This document shows, piece by piece, positions 1 through 13,606 of a DNA stretch of 64,000 nucleotides. Below the pieces are notes generated by a model that was not told the origin of the DNA, made no database searches, and saw only the letters and a program-made list of their open reading frames with translations. Numbering within the stretch: position 1 is the first letter of the stretch; the number at the start of each line of letters is the position of its first letter. This DNA is from Phoronis australis (lineage: Eukaryota; Animalia; Phoronida). The position numbers and the translations under genes were made by a program. Location of the stretch: assembly GCA_002633005.1 (NCBI GenBank), contig NMRA01000068.1, forward strand, positions 284,453 to 348,452. Direction: 5' to 3'.

Positions 1-997
1 AATAAGATCATCATACCGCTTCAGACCAGCTCTCAAATCATCATGAAGAATATCATTGGCCATTGATTCTTCTGACGAACTATTCTCTGTCACTGCAAAT
101 TCTGAAGACCTATACTCTGATCCAGTCGTGTTTGAATATACCAATGGCAGTAGGTCGGAAGCCAGAAGTGAACTCTCGTGAGTGCATTCCACTGTAATCC
201 AAGGTTCAGAATCGGAAGACACTGGCTGGGCATGGCATGCCCCAGAGTATACATCTAGTTATGTGATCAGTTGGGATGTCTGGGATGTCTGAAGAATCTG
301 TCTGTCTCCATATTCTGACGAGCCAAAATTTGTGCATAAGCATTGAACTGCTCCACCTCTTTGCATTTAGTATCTAAATCTTAAAAACAAATTATAAAAA
401 CAATCAACTCATTAATCCTGACTGTAGATTGTAAAATATTTTTGTGTAAATGCGTATCAGGTTACAAACAAATTTGCAGAACGTAAATGAGGTAAATTGG
501 GGTTTGTGAATTGGCAGCCATTTTGGCGGCCATTTTGTCAGCCATCTTGAATTTTTCTCGCAAACCAGTGACCAATTGTAAGGTCCAGATATTTTCAATT
601 GTCTAACTTACAAAAGAATAAAACTTTTGCCATTTTCAGAGCAAAATATAAAAAGAAATCTTGCAACATGTATCAAATTGCCGTTTCGGCCGCCATTTTG
701 TCGGCCATATTGGTTTTATATTACGGAAAATTGGCATCTTTTGATTGGTATGCCTGTTATGAAAAGTACATAATCAATAACAAACTTTATTGTTTTATTT
801 TTAGCTGTTACATAAGAGTAAACAGAAAACAGTAAACACCGGTTTTGTCGGCCATTTTCCGCCATCTTGAAAAACCGACTTCCGCTACTCCGATTTCGGT
901 AGATTTTTTTTCTGACACTAAGGGATGTTTGAAGACGCCATTTATGCAAAAAAACCTTCTGTTGCAATTTTTCTAGGTTGGGCTCTCTGGAGCCCTA
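1..997 (-). mobile_element. Possible end of a DNA transposon (Academ-like?) inside an SLC13 intron
   Basis: Cluster of GCCATTTT/GCCATCTT subterminal motifs at 517-945. The putative terminus reads TAGGGCTCCAGAGAGCCC on the minus strand. Coding-like, interrupted minus-strand sequence at 1-365. The other end is outside the window. Confidence 0.3.
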
Positions 998-1245
998 GAA
1001 TGACTGGACCAGTTACGCTTTTGACAGTTGTGTGATACAAATTCCCAGCCTGTACTCTAGCGTGCTGGTACGCTGACTCCCGGCCTTTATGTGCCTGGTC
1101 TATTTCTGAGAAATTCTCCGGCAGTCCTGCAGTAATGGTACAAATATCACATTGAGATTAGGCAGCGAAATCCCAGTCGATAGATCGATTGTCGTTACAG
1201 GTGTCAACTTTTCATCGGCTCCATAACATAATTTGTATGTTTCAG

Positions 1246-1383
1246 CATTTTCCAAAAGTACGGAATGGAATCGGGAGTTAACTTCACCACGTGGTTCGCT
1301 TTTGCTATTCCGATATCGGCGATGGCGTTAATTCTCGCGTGGCTGTGGTTGCAGACATGGTTTATGGGCTGTTGCAAAGCAGA
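1246..1383 (+). CDS. SLC13: SLC13 exon (IFQKYGMESGVNFTTWFAFAIP...WLWLQTWFMGCCKA)
   Basis: ttcag acceptor, gtgagt donor, VNFxxWFAFA motif. Confidence 0.93.
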
Positions 1384-4300
1384 GTGAGTCTCAAGTACAA
1401 AACGATGGACTTAACTATTCATCTTGGAGAAGTAGACCTACAGTGTACTTTGTGCGAAAAATTGTGATTCGAAGACCCATTCATGCGAGTCTTTTTTGCG
1501 GAAAACTTTCCTGAATATTTACCGATTTTTCATTCCAACTTACAAAGCTAATTAGATTCCGCAGTTTTTACGCTCACTGGATAACCGACTTTTAAGACTC
1601 GAGAAAATTCCGAAAAAAATCATGGATCTCAAAACTTTTGAAAATTTACATGCTTTTCCCCGACGTTTTGAATTATTATAGGCCTACTTCACATTTGCTT
1701 CCTTGTATTCTTGCGCTGAGTCACTATCAGACAATTTTAATGTCGAGGATCGCTGTGACGTTGTATCATTTGTCATGGAATACTGTAAGTCAGTGTTTAT
1801 CATCAATGTTAAGTTAATCGTAGTGACAACAAAGGTGGCAAGGGCGGAGACAGGATTCTTCTGGTTGACTACGGGCATGATTTCGTGCGCACGTGCGTAT
1901 CTGCTATAATACAGCTTCAAGTCTATTCATGTTTTGAACACGTACACACAACTTTATTAGTGTTACAACGCCAATGTTCTATTATAGCCACCAATAGACC
2001 ATCAAAAAGGTCGCATAAAAGCATGCCTAATTTTTCAAATTCTTTGGTATTTTTATTTCAGTAATTTTTCATTCCACTTCTTTGTTGAAACCTGCGCCAT
2101 TACCGACTAATAAAACAATGAATAAAAAGACAATGATGACAAAAATTGAGTATTTTAAGATAAAATCGTTATCAAAAATCGGTATTAGTGACGCACATGT
2201 TATACCGTGTTTCGTATTTCCCGTTTACTCCAGAGACTGTTGCTGTGGGGGCGCAAACAGTGAAAGATCAAAGGCTGTCTCTAAAGTTATACGGCGAGAG
2301 TACGAGGCTTTGGGTCCTATAAGGTACGTTAAGAACAAAAATTGACGCATTTTCGCGCTCGACACATTCCAAGTGTAACATATTGCCTCCCAGGCTGCAG
2401 TACTTAAACAAAACGTATCTTAATTGGCGTAGATGAAGAAAAAAGATCACTCGACATTATTCCGCGTATATTTGTTTTTATCCCATACGCTTCTAAGTTT
2501 CTTTCATTTTCTCGGCAGATTCTTCAAATATTTCACCCAGACTGTTCACGTGGTGTATCTCATTCTATATGTGTGTATGTTACAAGTTCTCTCCAGTAAA
2601 AGAAACAGCTTTAAATGTAACGATTAATTACTTGAAAAGATGAAAACAATGGTTGTGCATTGAACTTGTAAAATTTCCTTAAAACAATTAAATAACAACA
2701 ATAGTTAACATTGTAGTTACCGAGGAATCGGCGCCTGAGTGGCACTTGCAGACGATATAATATTTAGCAAATAAAACTGAGACAGAAGTCTCACGTAATT
2801 AACAGTTTCGTACCAGATGCTATGTTTGGGACCTGACTGTATACTGAGTGTTATTTATACTGTTGCATACTTTCAACTATTTGGAGAAGGTTTGATGATC
2901 GAAGCGGCTAACGACATTGAGTCGACATTGACCTACCTTAAATTTTGATCATTCCATGTCAGAGGGCACTGTTAAAGTAGTCCGGTAGTGCAATGCCCCA
3001 AACAATATCACGTAGCTGTATTACAGCGACTTATTCAACGCGTATGGAATGCGTGTCGGTGTTCACAGCACATATTGTCGCCCTCGGCATAATGTATGCT
3101 GTCACATTGTGATGGCACCTAAAAGCATGTACGTTTAGCGAACATGCCTGTGTACACGTTAGCCTACGTGATCCTACGCGAAGGCTCAGTGAAAGGAGGA
3201 TGGGTATCGCATGTAATTTTTAAAGCATTTTGTTATGTCCAAAAACTCGTTGAAAGCCAATACGAGGGAATAGAAACAGACATGTTTGATTTAAAAGACG
3301 TGTCAAGTTTTTGTGAGTATGTAGGTCTATGCACCTATATCCGAAGTAATGCATGTTGGTGCGTTTGCAACTCAGTCGTGTGTTTGCATTACATGCGAAC
3401 TCTGACTGTGAGTTAATTTGTGAACCTCAGACGTGTGCGTTTTTGTGTGCGCATGTCATATTGGTTTCTTCTTTCAAGGTTTGAAGAAATAGCGGTATTG
3501 ATCCATTTCATTTTGTTGGCGGTGCTGTGGCTCACGAGAAACCCGAAATTCATCCCTGGCTGGGCTGATGTCTTCCTTCCAAAGTAAGAAATAACATTGT
3601 CTTGCTTCATTACAAAAAGAATGTACATATCAAATTCTTCCTGTATTTTCTTCGTTAACATTCGTGTAATGCCTTTTATGTCCTATCATCGTTTACTATT
3701 TTATACAACTCAAAACAACTGACATCGTCGTTGCTTCGCCTGCTCGTCTGACGTTTATCTACTTGACTGTTTTTGCACGATTTCAGGTACGTGAGTGATG
3801 CCACTCCAGCTATCTTCATAACCATTCTATTATTCATGTTCCCCGCCAAGAGGCCGAATTTTTTCTGTTGCAGAGGACCGAAAGGTATTGGATGACATCA
3901 CATATTAAAAATAACTAAAGATATGGTCATGAGCTTAGATTAACTCGGTGATTAGGAAAGGCCCGAAATTTCTATAGACTAACGCGACATATTACGTGTA
4001 ATTCAGTGTGTCATGACGAGTGCTTAGGAAAGCAGTCGACCACAATGTTCTATGTTTGCGTACATATCAGGTAATGCACTTATTTTAAACACCACACCTT
4101 TAACGCACTACCACTATTTACGTAACTTTATTAGTATCGGCAACAATATTTGTGTCATCTCAAAATACTATAGTTGTTGGTAAGTTTGTCTCAATTTTCA
4201 GACGACAGTTCGCCTGGGCCACGCGAAGCACTGCTCGACTGGGAAACTGTATGTCATAGGTTGCCTTGGGGTGTCATCATTCTGTTGGGCGGAGGTTTCT

Positions 4301-7258
4301 CGGTTGCAGACGCTTGTGCGGTAATTTTGACATACTTCACACAGTGTGCCACGTTTTTGGTTAAAGTATTTCAAATCAGACCGAATTTAGTAGACACTGT
4401 CTAGTATGGAAAACCTGAACATTACTGGCGCCAAATATGCTTCAGCTTTCGGATGACATCGGTGAATCATGTTATTTTTATTAAAGTTTTAGCTCATAAA
4501 CTGTTAAGCAAGTCGACCTGAATAGTTTCTTGTCAAACCTGTTTCATGAACGTGCGAGCCCGTCCTATAGCAGATTATGTCTCCAACGTTTATTCGGTTG
4601 AGGTTCCAGGGCCCGTTGTGTCTAAATTATTGAGAGGACTATCCCTGGGTGTTCCGGCAGTGTTCTAAATCACAAGCCGCTTCCAAAAATGCCAAAATCT
4701 TTGGCAGGTACCGTCTATACCCAGTGATATCATGCATCGCACACTGGCGTAGCACCCTCAACCGATTATGGATATCATAATCACATTCTACAGATCGTTC
4801 TTTTTTAGTTTAGTGATTGCTTTCAGCACAGGTATATAATTATTTTCCGTGAGACCAAGATTAGAAATTTTGTAAAATGCATACTTTTGACTTCATTTTT
4901 GTACAGTTTTCAATGAAGCACTCGCATGGATATTTAGCATTTCGAATAAGTAATAAAAAAGTCATTCTGTGAATAGCCTGGTAGATAATTTTTTCCACGT
5001 AAAGACGCCATTTTAGGGCTGCGCACCAGGTTGCGAACGAAAAGCTGTCGTAAGTCGGTTTCAGTAGTTTTATCTGTTATTATGCTTCATTTTTACAAAC
5101 GTAAATCAACAGCTTTAGTTAAAAGGATACCAAACTCGGTTTTGGCCTATTAAAGAAGCATTAAAATGACTTTCCCGTCAGTTTTCAGAAATAAAATAGT
5201 ATTCAGTAAGTCTCGGTTACCCTTAAAAGCTTGGAACAAAATTTGAAAACTCCTTACTATGTCTGCTAAACTGGAAAGATTGACTAAGGCTTTAGGCGAG
5301 ATACACGAAAGAACATCCACCGAGAATCATAATATCCAATCTGTGTTAAAGAGTTTAAGTTTTTAGTTGAATCTTATTTTTATCACTCAAGTGGAACGTC
5401 ATTGATGTCTTAGCAAGTGACGCAACAAAGTCTGGTTGAAATCAACAAAACAGGGTTTATTATCTTTTTAAGTTCTAAAGCGTCACCTGTATTTAACTCT
5501 TGGGGCAAAATGTCTTATTTCTGGATCACCGACACGCGTTAGCTGAGAGAGGTGTTTTACTGTTTAGGTGTTTAGGTACACATATATTTCATAATTGTTG
5601 TCCTCTTGTACCAGAAATCAGGACTGTCAGCGTGGTTAGGACAACAACTGGCGGTGCTTGGAGGCTTGCCCACTTGGGCTATTGTTATGCTGATTACCCT
5701 TATTACTGCCGCCGCCACGGAAGTGACGTCAAACACCGCTACTGCTACGTTATTGATGCCAATCATGGGTGAATTGGTAAGAGAGTACTGCGTAAACATG
5801 AAAATTTCTCGAACTTTATTAGATCAGGTAACTTTTCAAGTATTGAAATCCGAACTTGACAGTCAAAGAGAACATATTCACGTATGCAGACGTTGTCTTA
5901 GCTAGACTGAGTTTAATTTCGATCAAAATTCGAGGCTAAGAAGACCACGCTATACAGTTGCCATAGGCGTAGGAAGAGATGTGAACCCCCCTCCCCATCG
6001 CTTCCAATTTTGTCTCATACAACTTTACTTTGCCTTCCTCCGATAGCCTTCAGTTTATATCTCCTCCCCATAGTTTACCGATTATTAAGTGCAAAGCAAT
6101 TCAGTTCTGGTCGCTTTAGGTGGAAGGCAACTTCCCAACTTAATGAGTCGCCGGGCGCTAACTCTCTCCCCTCTGTCCTCCTCTTCCTGCGTCTTTGGTG
6201 GCGATGCTTCAAAAGAGATTGATAAGTACCTTTTAGCAATAACACTTGACTGTATGCTTGCAGGCCATCACACTCAAGATCAACCCTTTGTACTTCATGA
6301 TCCCAGTTTGTATCGCCGCCTCCTTGTCCTTCATGTTACCTGTTGCCACGCCTCCAAACGCTATAGTCTTCTCATACGGACATTTGCGTATAGTCGACAT
6401 GGTATGACTCATTGCCTTTTACTACATATAACGCATATATCTGGTAAATTAAACGAAATCGCGATCTTAAAATTTCTGTTCCAGTGTGGTCCACAAAAAG
6501 TGGTCTTTAACAGACGTGCATTTTACTTTTTGGTATTTACCTAAAATGGAAATAAAAAATGGAAATAAAAACGGTTACTCAAAGACACATTAAAATGATG
6601 CTGCAAACCTTTCCACACTGTGATAAAAATTGATTGATTTCCAATCCCAAACGTGCCAGTGCGTCAGGAAGCAAAAAGAACGTCAAAAATCATCACATTT
6701 GACGAAGCTGGTCAGTCCGCCAAAATTGGGCCATTTCAATTCAATAGCGTTTGATAGCAGAAACCAATTGTTATCGTTCCAAAGAGAACTTTTACACAAT
6801 TTTTTGAGTTCATTTTGTGGTTTCAAACGTAGGTATTGAAGTGCACATCTAACATTTCAAAATAAAGATCCTGAAACATTGAACGATCAATTTTTATTTT
6901 CGTTCATGTTCAGCATATGAGGTTATCAGGTATGCGATACCGTAGATTATTAGTCGTTAATCTATGGTGCTACTGAATACATTCATGTATGAATTACATT
7001 CATTTGCTCAATTTCTTTGCGAATGAACAGACGTTACACTTACTTAAACCAGCAAATGCGAATGCATCCTACACTTACCTCTAAACTGTTTTGCAGGTTT
7101 TGTCTGGAATACCAATGAATATCATTGGAATACTGCTCGTCACACTAGCAGTTGAAACGTGGGGGAAGCCGTTGTTTTCACTGGATATTTTGCCCGATGG
7201 CTTCTTAACTGACACGACTACAGTATCGTTCAACATTACGACAGTCGGCACGGTGTAA
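1246..7258 (+). CDS. SLC13: SLC13 family Na+/dicarboxylate or citrate cotransporter, 3' part (8 exons; 5' exons lie upstream of the window)
   Basis: join(1246-1383,2234-2323,3479-3583,3787-3884,4202-4320,5615-5776,6264-6401,7097-7258). All junctions are AG/GT with compatible phases. Family motifs: VNFTTWFAFAIP, LWLTRNPKFIPGW, LPWGVIILLGGGF, TEVTSNTATA (SNT motif), FMLPVATPPNAIVF. Stop TAA at 7256-7258. Confidence 0.95.
2234..2323 (+). CDS. SLC13: SLC13 exon (DCCCGGANSERSKAVSKVIRREYEALGPI)
   Basis: ctccag acceptor, gtacgt donor, EYxxLGP motif. Confidence 0.9.
3479..3583 (+). CDS. SLC13: SLC13 exon (FEEIAVLIHFILLAVLWLTRNPKFIPGWADVFLP)
   Basis: tttcaag acceptor, gtaaga donor. Confidence 0.92.
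3787..3884 (+). CDS. SLC13: SLC13 exon (YVSDATPAIFITILLFMFPAKRPNFFCCRGPK)
   Basis: tttcag acceptor, gtattg donor, VSDAT motif. Confidence 0.92.
4202..4320 (+). CDS. SLC13: SLC13 exon (...ALLDWETVCHRLPWGVIILLGGGFSVADACA)
   Basis: ttttcag acceptor, gtaatt donor. Confidence 0.94.
5615..5776 (+). CDS. SLC13: SLC13 exon (KSGLSAWLG...TEVTSNTATATLLMPIMGEL)
   Basis: ccag acceptor, gtaaga donor, SNT motif. Confidence 0.95.
6264..6401 (+). CDS. SLC13: SLC13 exon (AITLKINPLYFMIP...FMLPVATPPNAIVFSYGHLRIVDM)
   Basis: ttgcag acceptor, gtatga donor, signature motif. Confidence 0.95.
7097..7258 (+). CDS. SLC13: SLC13 last coding exon (VLSGIPMNIIG...TWGKPLFSLDILPDG...NITTVGTV*)
   Basis: ttgcag acceptor, TAA stop, C-terminal NIT sequon. 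Confidence 0.92.
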   Translation, partial: VLSGIPMNIIGILLVTLAVETWGKPLFSLDILPDGFLTDTTTVSFNITTVGTV

Positions 7259-9404
7259 CTGCTGAATATCCACAGATTTTCAGTTCTTCGTTTTAGCTAA
7301 CTGCACGTTCTGATGATTCGGAATTTTGGCAAATTGAATTCCATTTTATCATTTTTCAACAATCAAAAAACGAAAAATTAATCAAATCTCTTAAGCTCAT
7401 AAAATCGGTCTCATAATACGCCTTATCATGATAGTACCTGATTTCTGTTACCAGAAGAGAACATTGAAACCATTAGCCACTCAAAAAACTTTACAGTATT
7501 TATTGGAGTTGACCAATTCCAAAATTTCAAATTCGAAAATGGCGCATGTGCGCATTACTTGTGACTAGAGTTGCCGACTCATTCGATAGCTATTCAAGAT
7601 GGGATAAGTGTAGTATCGTTTTAAACTTCAAAGCGCTTCGGTTAAGAATTGAACATTAGCACTTTAGCAGCGGCGAAATCCCCTTTTGTTTTTTGTTCAT
7701 GTTTTACTGTTTGCATCCAATTCTTTGGTGATACTAAAGGATGGACCAACCACAATTTTCTAACGTACGTGTTCAAATGTGAATGATACAGGGCACGCTC
7801 CATATTGTTAACCTTTCCACACAGAAACAAAAGAAGCTCGAAGCTAAAAATGTCACCACCCATTTTTTCCTCGGTCTCTATGGTTTCGTTACATTATGGG
7901 TACGTGTTGCTGATGTGAGTGTTTGTGTTACGATGACAAATGGCAAAACATGCATCAATATTCTTCGTGCAGTTTAAAGAATGGAAAATTAATGAGCATT
8001 TCAACAATATGTATTACCACTGAACGGCTGCCACCAGATGAATCATTTGGTTTGCTTACCTGCACGCCGTTAAAGAGTTAGGCGATTGGTGCGTTTAGAA
8101 AAACTGTGTGGTAACAAAGTGTGTAATGTACACTCCTTGGTAGTAGCCGTGAAAACTCGTTTAGAAAAAAGTCAGCGTTGGACGACCACGTGATTTTGAA
8201 CTGAGTTAAGCCCCTGTCAGGGTCTTTCAATTCTCTGTGAAGGTGAATGACTGTGGGAAAACCTTTGTCAGTTCCATCCAGCAAACATTAAAATCTTTCA
8301 CTTTGTGCGGTAAGAGACTTTTCGACGGATGTAGAAAATATCGTGAGATGAAGTGTTCTAGATTAAAGACTACTTAATGTGCTATTTGTGACAAAAACTC
8401 AACTTCAAGAGCAGAGGTCTGAAACAAGTTTGACTGCACGCTTCTTCATATTTGACAAGTGTCTGGCATAATAACTTTTGACCATTCCAAGGTTTTCAGT
8501 TTCGTGTTATTTTTATGATCTTAAATACAACCACTACATTTTATGTAATGTTTTTGTACGACACCTAACTGAAGTACCAATGATCTCTTTCTGTTTGAGT
8601 AAAACTGTTCTTAAAACTATTTTGATAACGGAATTTATTTTTATAATTAGTTTAAGGTATAGTTTAGTGCTTAAGTATTTGATCAAATACATTTACATTG
8701 TATATAAAACCGCATTTTAATTTATTTATGAGAACACATACTAATATAGCCATGTTTAATGAAAGCTGTATTTGCCTTGGCTTCAGTGCAGGTTAAAAAC
8801 GAAAATCGAAACAGGCTTTTTACATCGGTTTAACAAATTTCCTTACCTGTATAAGAATCTATGTCCGTTTCCAACAAGAATATCAAAACCAGTGTCAGCG
8901 ACTCATGAAAATGCTTCTGATTTTATTAGAGCTGGCCAATCCTAAAATAGCAAATAAAAATAGCGCCTGTGCGCATTGCCCGTGACTTGAGTTTCCGGCT
9001 CCTTCGACAACTGTTCAAGATCGGATAAGCGCAGTAATGTTTTTTAAAACCCTAAAAGCACTTTGGTTAAGAATTCAACTTTTGCTATTAAACAGGATGC
9101 CAAACGCAGTTTTAAAATATTTTGAAGGAGGCTAAATCGAAGCATGTGTTGCAAAAGTATGAATTTTATTTCATAGATAGTTTTCATATTTTTCAGTGAA
9201 ATAGTTTATGTTAAATAAAATGGAAATACAAAAATAGTTGATTGATCGGAGTATATTTTGCGCTTGCAGATTTCCTGGAATTATATGTCATTTATTATAG
9301 TTTATAACAATGACATAACGCAATAATGATTCGAAATATAAGTGCTTTGAACCACACTTGCACTTTCTTTCTGCCACACACACGCATGCTTCAGGCTCAT
9401 GCAT

Positions 9405-9462
9405 GCGCACGCACGCACGCACACACACACTAACACACACACACACACACAAACACACATAC
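9405..9462. repeat. (CA)n/(CACG)n microsatellite
   Basis: gcacgcacgcacgcacacacacactaacacacac... read directly. Confidence 0.9.
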
Positions 9463-9779
9463 ATAATCCCGCTTTGTAGCATTTGCGCTTTGCCACCAAC
9501 TTCAAGATGACCTGACACCTTCATGTTCGACGACCAACACACCCATGATGACATTTGGCAATGACAACAATTGACCAGCCTCCATTCTTGGTAAAGGACA
9601 AATTTACCCTTTCCTCAAAATAAAATGCTACCCGAGTGACACAGCCTTCGCTGACGATGACAACAACAGCGCTGAGTAGACAGTACCGTTGACCACAGCA
9701 GGATCAATGTTGTTATTGCCGGAGCAGATCACAACCGTAAATGACAACAGCGAAGCACTGAACAACCGTACAGCACCCC

Positions 9780-9857
9780 NNNNNNNNNNNNNNNNNNNNN
9801 NNNNNNNNNNNNNNNNNNNNNNNNNNNNNNNNNNNNNNNNNNNNNNNNNNNNNNNNN
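9780..9857. other. Assembly gap (78 N) flanked by poly-C
   Basis: N run in the sequence. Confidence 0.99.
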
Positions 9858-12800
9858 CCCCCCCCCCCCCCCTCCATCTACCACTACAAATCCGACGGTG
9901 ACACTGCATTCTACGTCATTGGACGACAAAAAAGGCCAAATAGAGACGATACCATACTGGCACGTCGCTGAAGTCTACATCATCAACACCTTTGATTCCA
10001 CCACTGCAGGTGAATACGGCACTGACGATACTGGCGATGTCCTATCGTTGGCTAAATAGGTGAATGGTGTATTAGTTCTTGTTAGTGGCATAAATTAATT
10101 ATTTGAGGCGTGATTGCAGCTTATATTTCTTGCGTAGTTTACCTACGTAAATTCCTAGCGCAATTTAACTTTTATCAGTTACTTCACTCCGCAATTAATT
10201 AATTTGCGCCGTTAAAGGTTAATTTACAAAAAATTAATTTATGTAGCCTACGTAATTTATGTGGGTAAGTACGTTCACCCATTTGACCAACGATAATATC
10301 CGATGGGACCCGTGATGACTTGAGTAATGGGGAATAATACTGAGAGAAAGCAGCGACATAAATATATTTACACCACAGCATATTCCAGCCTCAAAATTGT
10401 TGACAAATATGTAACATCTATAACCTGTAAAAAATGTCCATGTTTCTTGGAATATTTTTGGACACTAATCTACCACGGAAGAAACATATTTTTGAAGTAG
10501 CTAATAAGATCAAACACCTGTGGAGCTCTATCAAAGTAGAAATATTGTACCACTAAAACAATTTATTCTATTGTTACTCAATACGCTACTCCTACCTCAT
10601 TTATCATATGGCATCACTTACTGGACTTTTAATCATTGTATCTGACTTTAAAGATGTATTTGCATGCTACAGACTATGGAAATTTATAGCAGGAACTAAA
10701 CGACAATGCTATTTGAACATCATCTACGCTAAATAAAGTGCAGCTGTATTCACTGACAACTTGTAAATGTGAAAACAAAAGTTTCTGCAAATAGGTGACC
10801 TTTGCGCTAATGACGTACCTTGGGGGGGGGGGGTCACATAGCCCCCATCATGAAGCGTTATTCCCCGACACCACGTCACGATGCTTGCTGGACATGATTA
10901 AGTGATTTACGGCGGATAATTTTCTAACAAATTTAACCAAGCAATCACAAAAATAAGGAATTCGCGTGCATGATCCACTTTGAATTTAAACACTGCAATA
11001 GAAAGTTATACTACGCCGACCACGTCTGACCTTTTTGCAAACACTATTTTAAAAGTATATTCAACATCTTTTGTTAGAAATCTTGAGACCACTTGTTTAA
11101 TAGTTTAATGACTACTCTGACCATTGATAAAAGATCTCGAAGAATACAAGTAAGATCTTTTGACACACAAGTTACTATGCTAAATCCAGTCATTCGAATT
11201 CCCAAAACAAATTTCAAAAGCATCTGTCCCTACCTCCAATTCCTGTAAACACATTCTAGCCTTCATATATATCGACAAAAACTACTACTCAATTTACTAC
11301 GTTTTGTTCAAACGTGTAAGAAGTGTATCATATATAACGACTAGTAATTTTGTACTTTGACAAATTGTTTCGCATGTCAAAAACACATTAGGTAGATTAT
11401 TGCATAACCTCACTTTTAGTGTTGGCATACGCCTTTCATTTTGTTTTAGACTGCGATACCAGTCAATATAAAAGAATTACATTCAAGCATCATCTTGTTA
11501 AATATTTCATGCATTAGTGTGTTGTCTCTTTCATAGTTTTAACACTTCGTGTAGTACATTTGTTTATATACTTAGAGTTTTTTATGGTAGACTAGTGGCA
11601 AAATTGTTTTTACAGTAATTCTATAAAAAGCAACATTTTTTGTTTCGAAGTTCATCAGATTTCTTTGCTGTCTGACGTCTCTTTTTATTGTCATAGGCCT
11701 AGTGCCTTGTATATGGTGAGCGAGCTCGTGGGCGAGATGGTCTCGCTGTTGTGCGTGAACTTGGAATCGTGAGTGAACTTGGAATAAATTTCTATTCCAA
11801 GTTCACGCAAGTGATCTTGACATTTAGCAAACGTTTTCGACATCTAGTGTGCAGCTGATCAGTAAAATTTCGAATGGTGGACAAGAAATTTTTTGTCGTG
11901 TGTTATTGTTTCTGTTTTAATTATTTTTGTTGCCCATTCTGTATGTTATTGTGGTCTTGGTATGGGTGACTGGCAACCTGGGACCTTTGCAATGAAAAGG
12001 ATGAAGAGCTAGGTCGGATACAATGAATAACTAGGCCTAGTACTTACCGTACCGAGAGGGGTTTTGCATTGAACAGTTTGTCATGCCCCGCTGTACCTGC
12101 CACCTCATTCCCCCCTGTATACACCAGTGCTTAGAGCTCACAATTTGCTCTTAATTGGTGGAAGTGTTTTCATTTTATATTTCAGTTATGACATCTTCAA
12201 TCGTTGCCAGCATGGCTTTAAGCAGGGATCTGTAATCCTTTCAAATACGATTAAGGAAGAAATTCAGATAACACTTGTTGAGTAAAAGTGTTATTTTTGG
12301 TAAATGAAGCGGAAATGCTAATTTCATTTTTAAACGTGCAATTTAATGAACATTAGTGTTTCATTGGTATGCTGTGTGATGTCATCAAGTCTAAATATTG
12401 ATGACTATCAGACAATAGTTACAGAACACAACTCTGAGGTTCTGTTGACAGGTTTTGAATGTTCTCATATAGATGATTAGACTTTTCTGGACTACGATAT
12501 TTTTACTTTCTCTGTTCAGTACAGACCCACAAAACAATACGCCAATGTATGTAAAGACTTTATGATATACAGACAAAAGTGGCCCAGTGAAATAATACTG
12601 TCCGTACCACTTGCTTTAGCACAATATCTTACAAACCACTGCCCAGCATTCGCTGTTTGAAAAGCAAACGTGTTAGACTGAATAAGGTAACATATGAATA
12701 TGCGTCTTTTGCAGGTTGTCGACATCTCTAAATACAGTTGATAACATTTAACAACTGTACTGAAACATGGTGGCATACAGATGTTCCCATGTGGGTGAGG

Positions 12801-13606
12801 AGCATACAGAGGTAATGACATATCTAAGTTGGTGTTAATATTGGTTTTTCGTTATGCAAGATTAATGGTTTTCAGCTCATGCAGTTGTCATTGTCCTTGG
12901 AGGTTGTCTTCTATTAGGAAAGTGTTTGTTCCATCAACTCTTTCATTTATAGGTTGTATTTATTTGTCTATAGCATAGGCAGGGACCCAGAGGCCCTCCC
13001 CCAACAAAATAAAACAGAAACAGCGTGAAGCGCGAAGAAAAAGAACCGAGTTCAGTAACTAGGACCGCTAGCGGATGGGGGCTCAGGTCCCAAATCGCGG
13101 CGGAATCGTGTTCCCGTTTTTTTTTCAAGTTAGTCCACCCATTGCGATAGATTTTCTGAACAGAAGGTCTACATCCTCGGCTCACACAACTTTCGGGTCG
13201 CCTGTGCACATACAATCGCGCTTTGCACAATTCCCTGAGGTAACATGTTGGGCCGCTCCCTTATGGTATCCTAGATGCGCCACTGTATAGTGCATAAAAC
13301 ACTTGAATGCGATGAGTGATCTTGAATCTGCTGACAAATAAAGTATCATTGTCAAAATGTGGAAACAGAGAATAATAGATTTTCCGTTTACTTGATTTTC
13401 TTACAGATCCAACTTTCACCTACTGACAACAAATCTCGATCCTTGTTCTCCAGTCTTTTCAAGTCAGTTGAATCAGATTTGATAGGAAAGAAAACCGAGT
13501 CAAACAACATTTAAATTGTCCATAAATTTTTTCCTGCACAATTCCTCACATTTGAAAACAAAATTGTAACCTTCCATTTTTCAAATCACACTGTATTATT
13601 AACATG

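Noticed and set aside
11750-11830. attccaagttcacg hairpin motif, also near 36748-36830 and 38290-38565
   Set aside because: Clearly a dispersed repeat remnant, but its boundaries and class cannot be supported and there is no evidence for an ncRNA.
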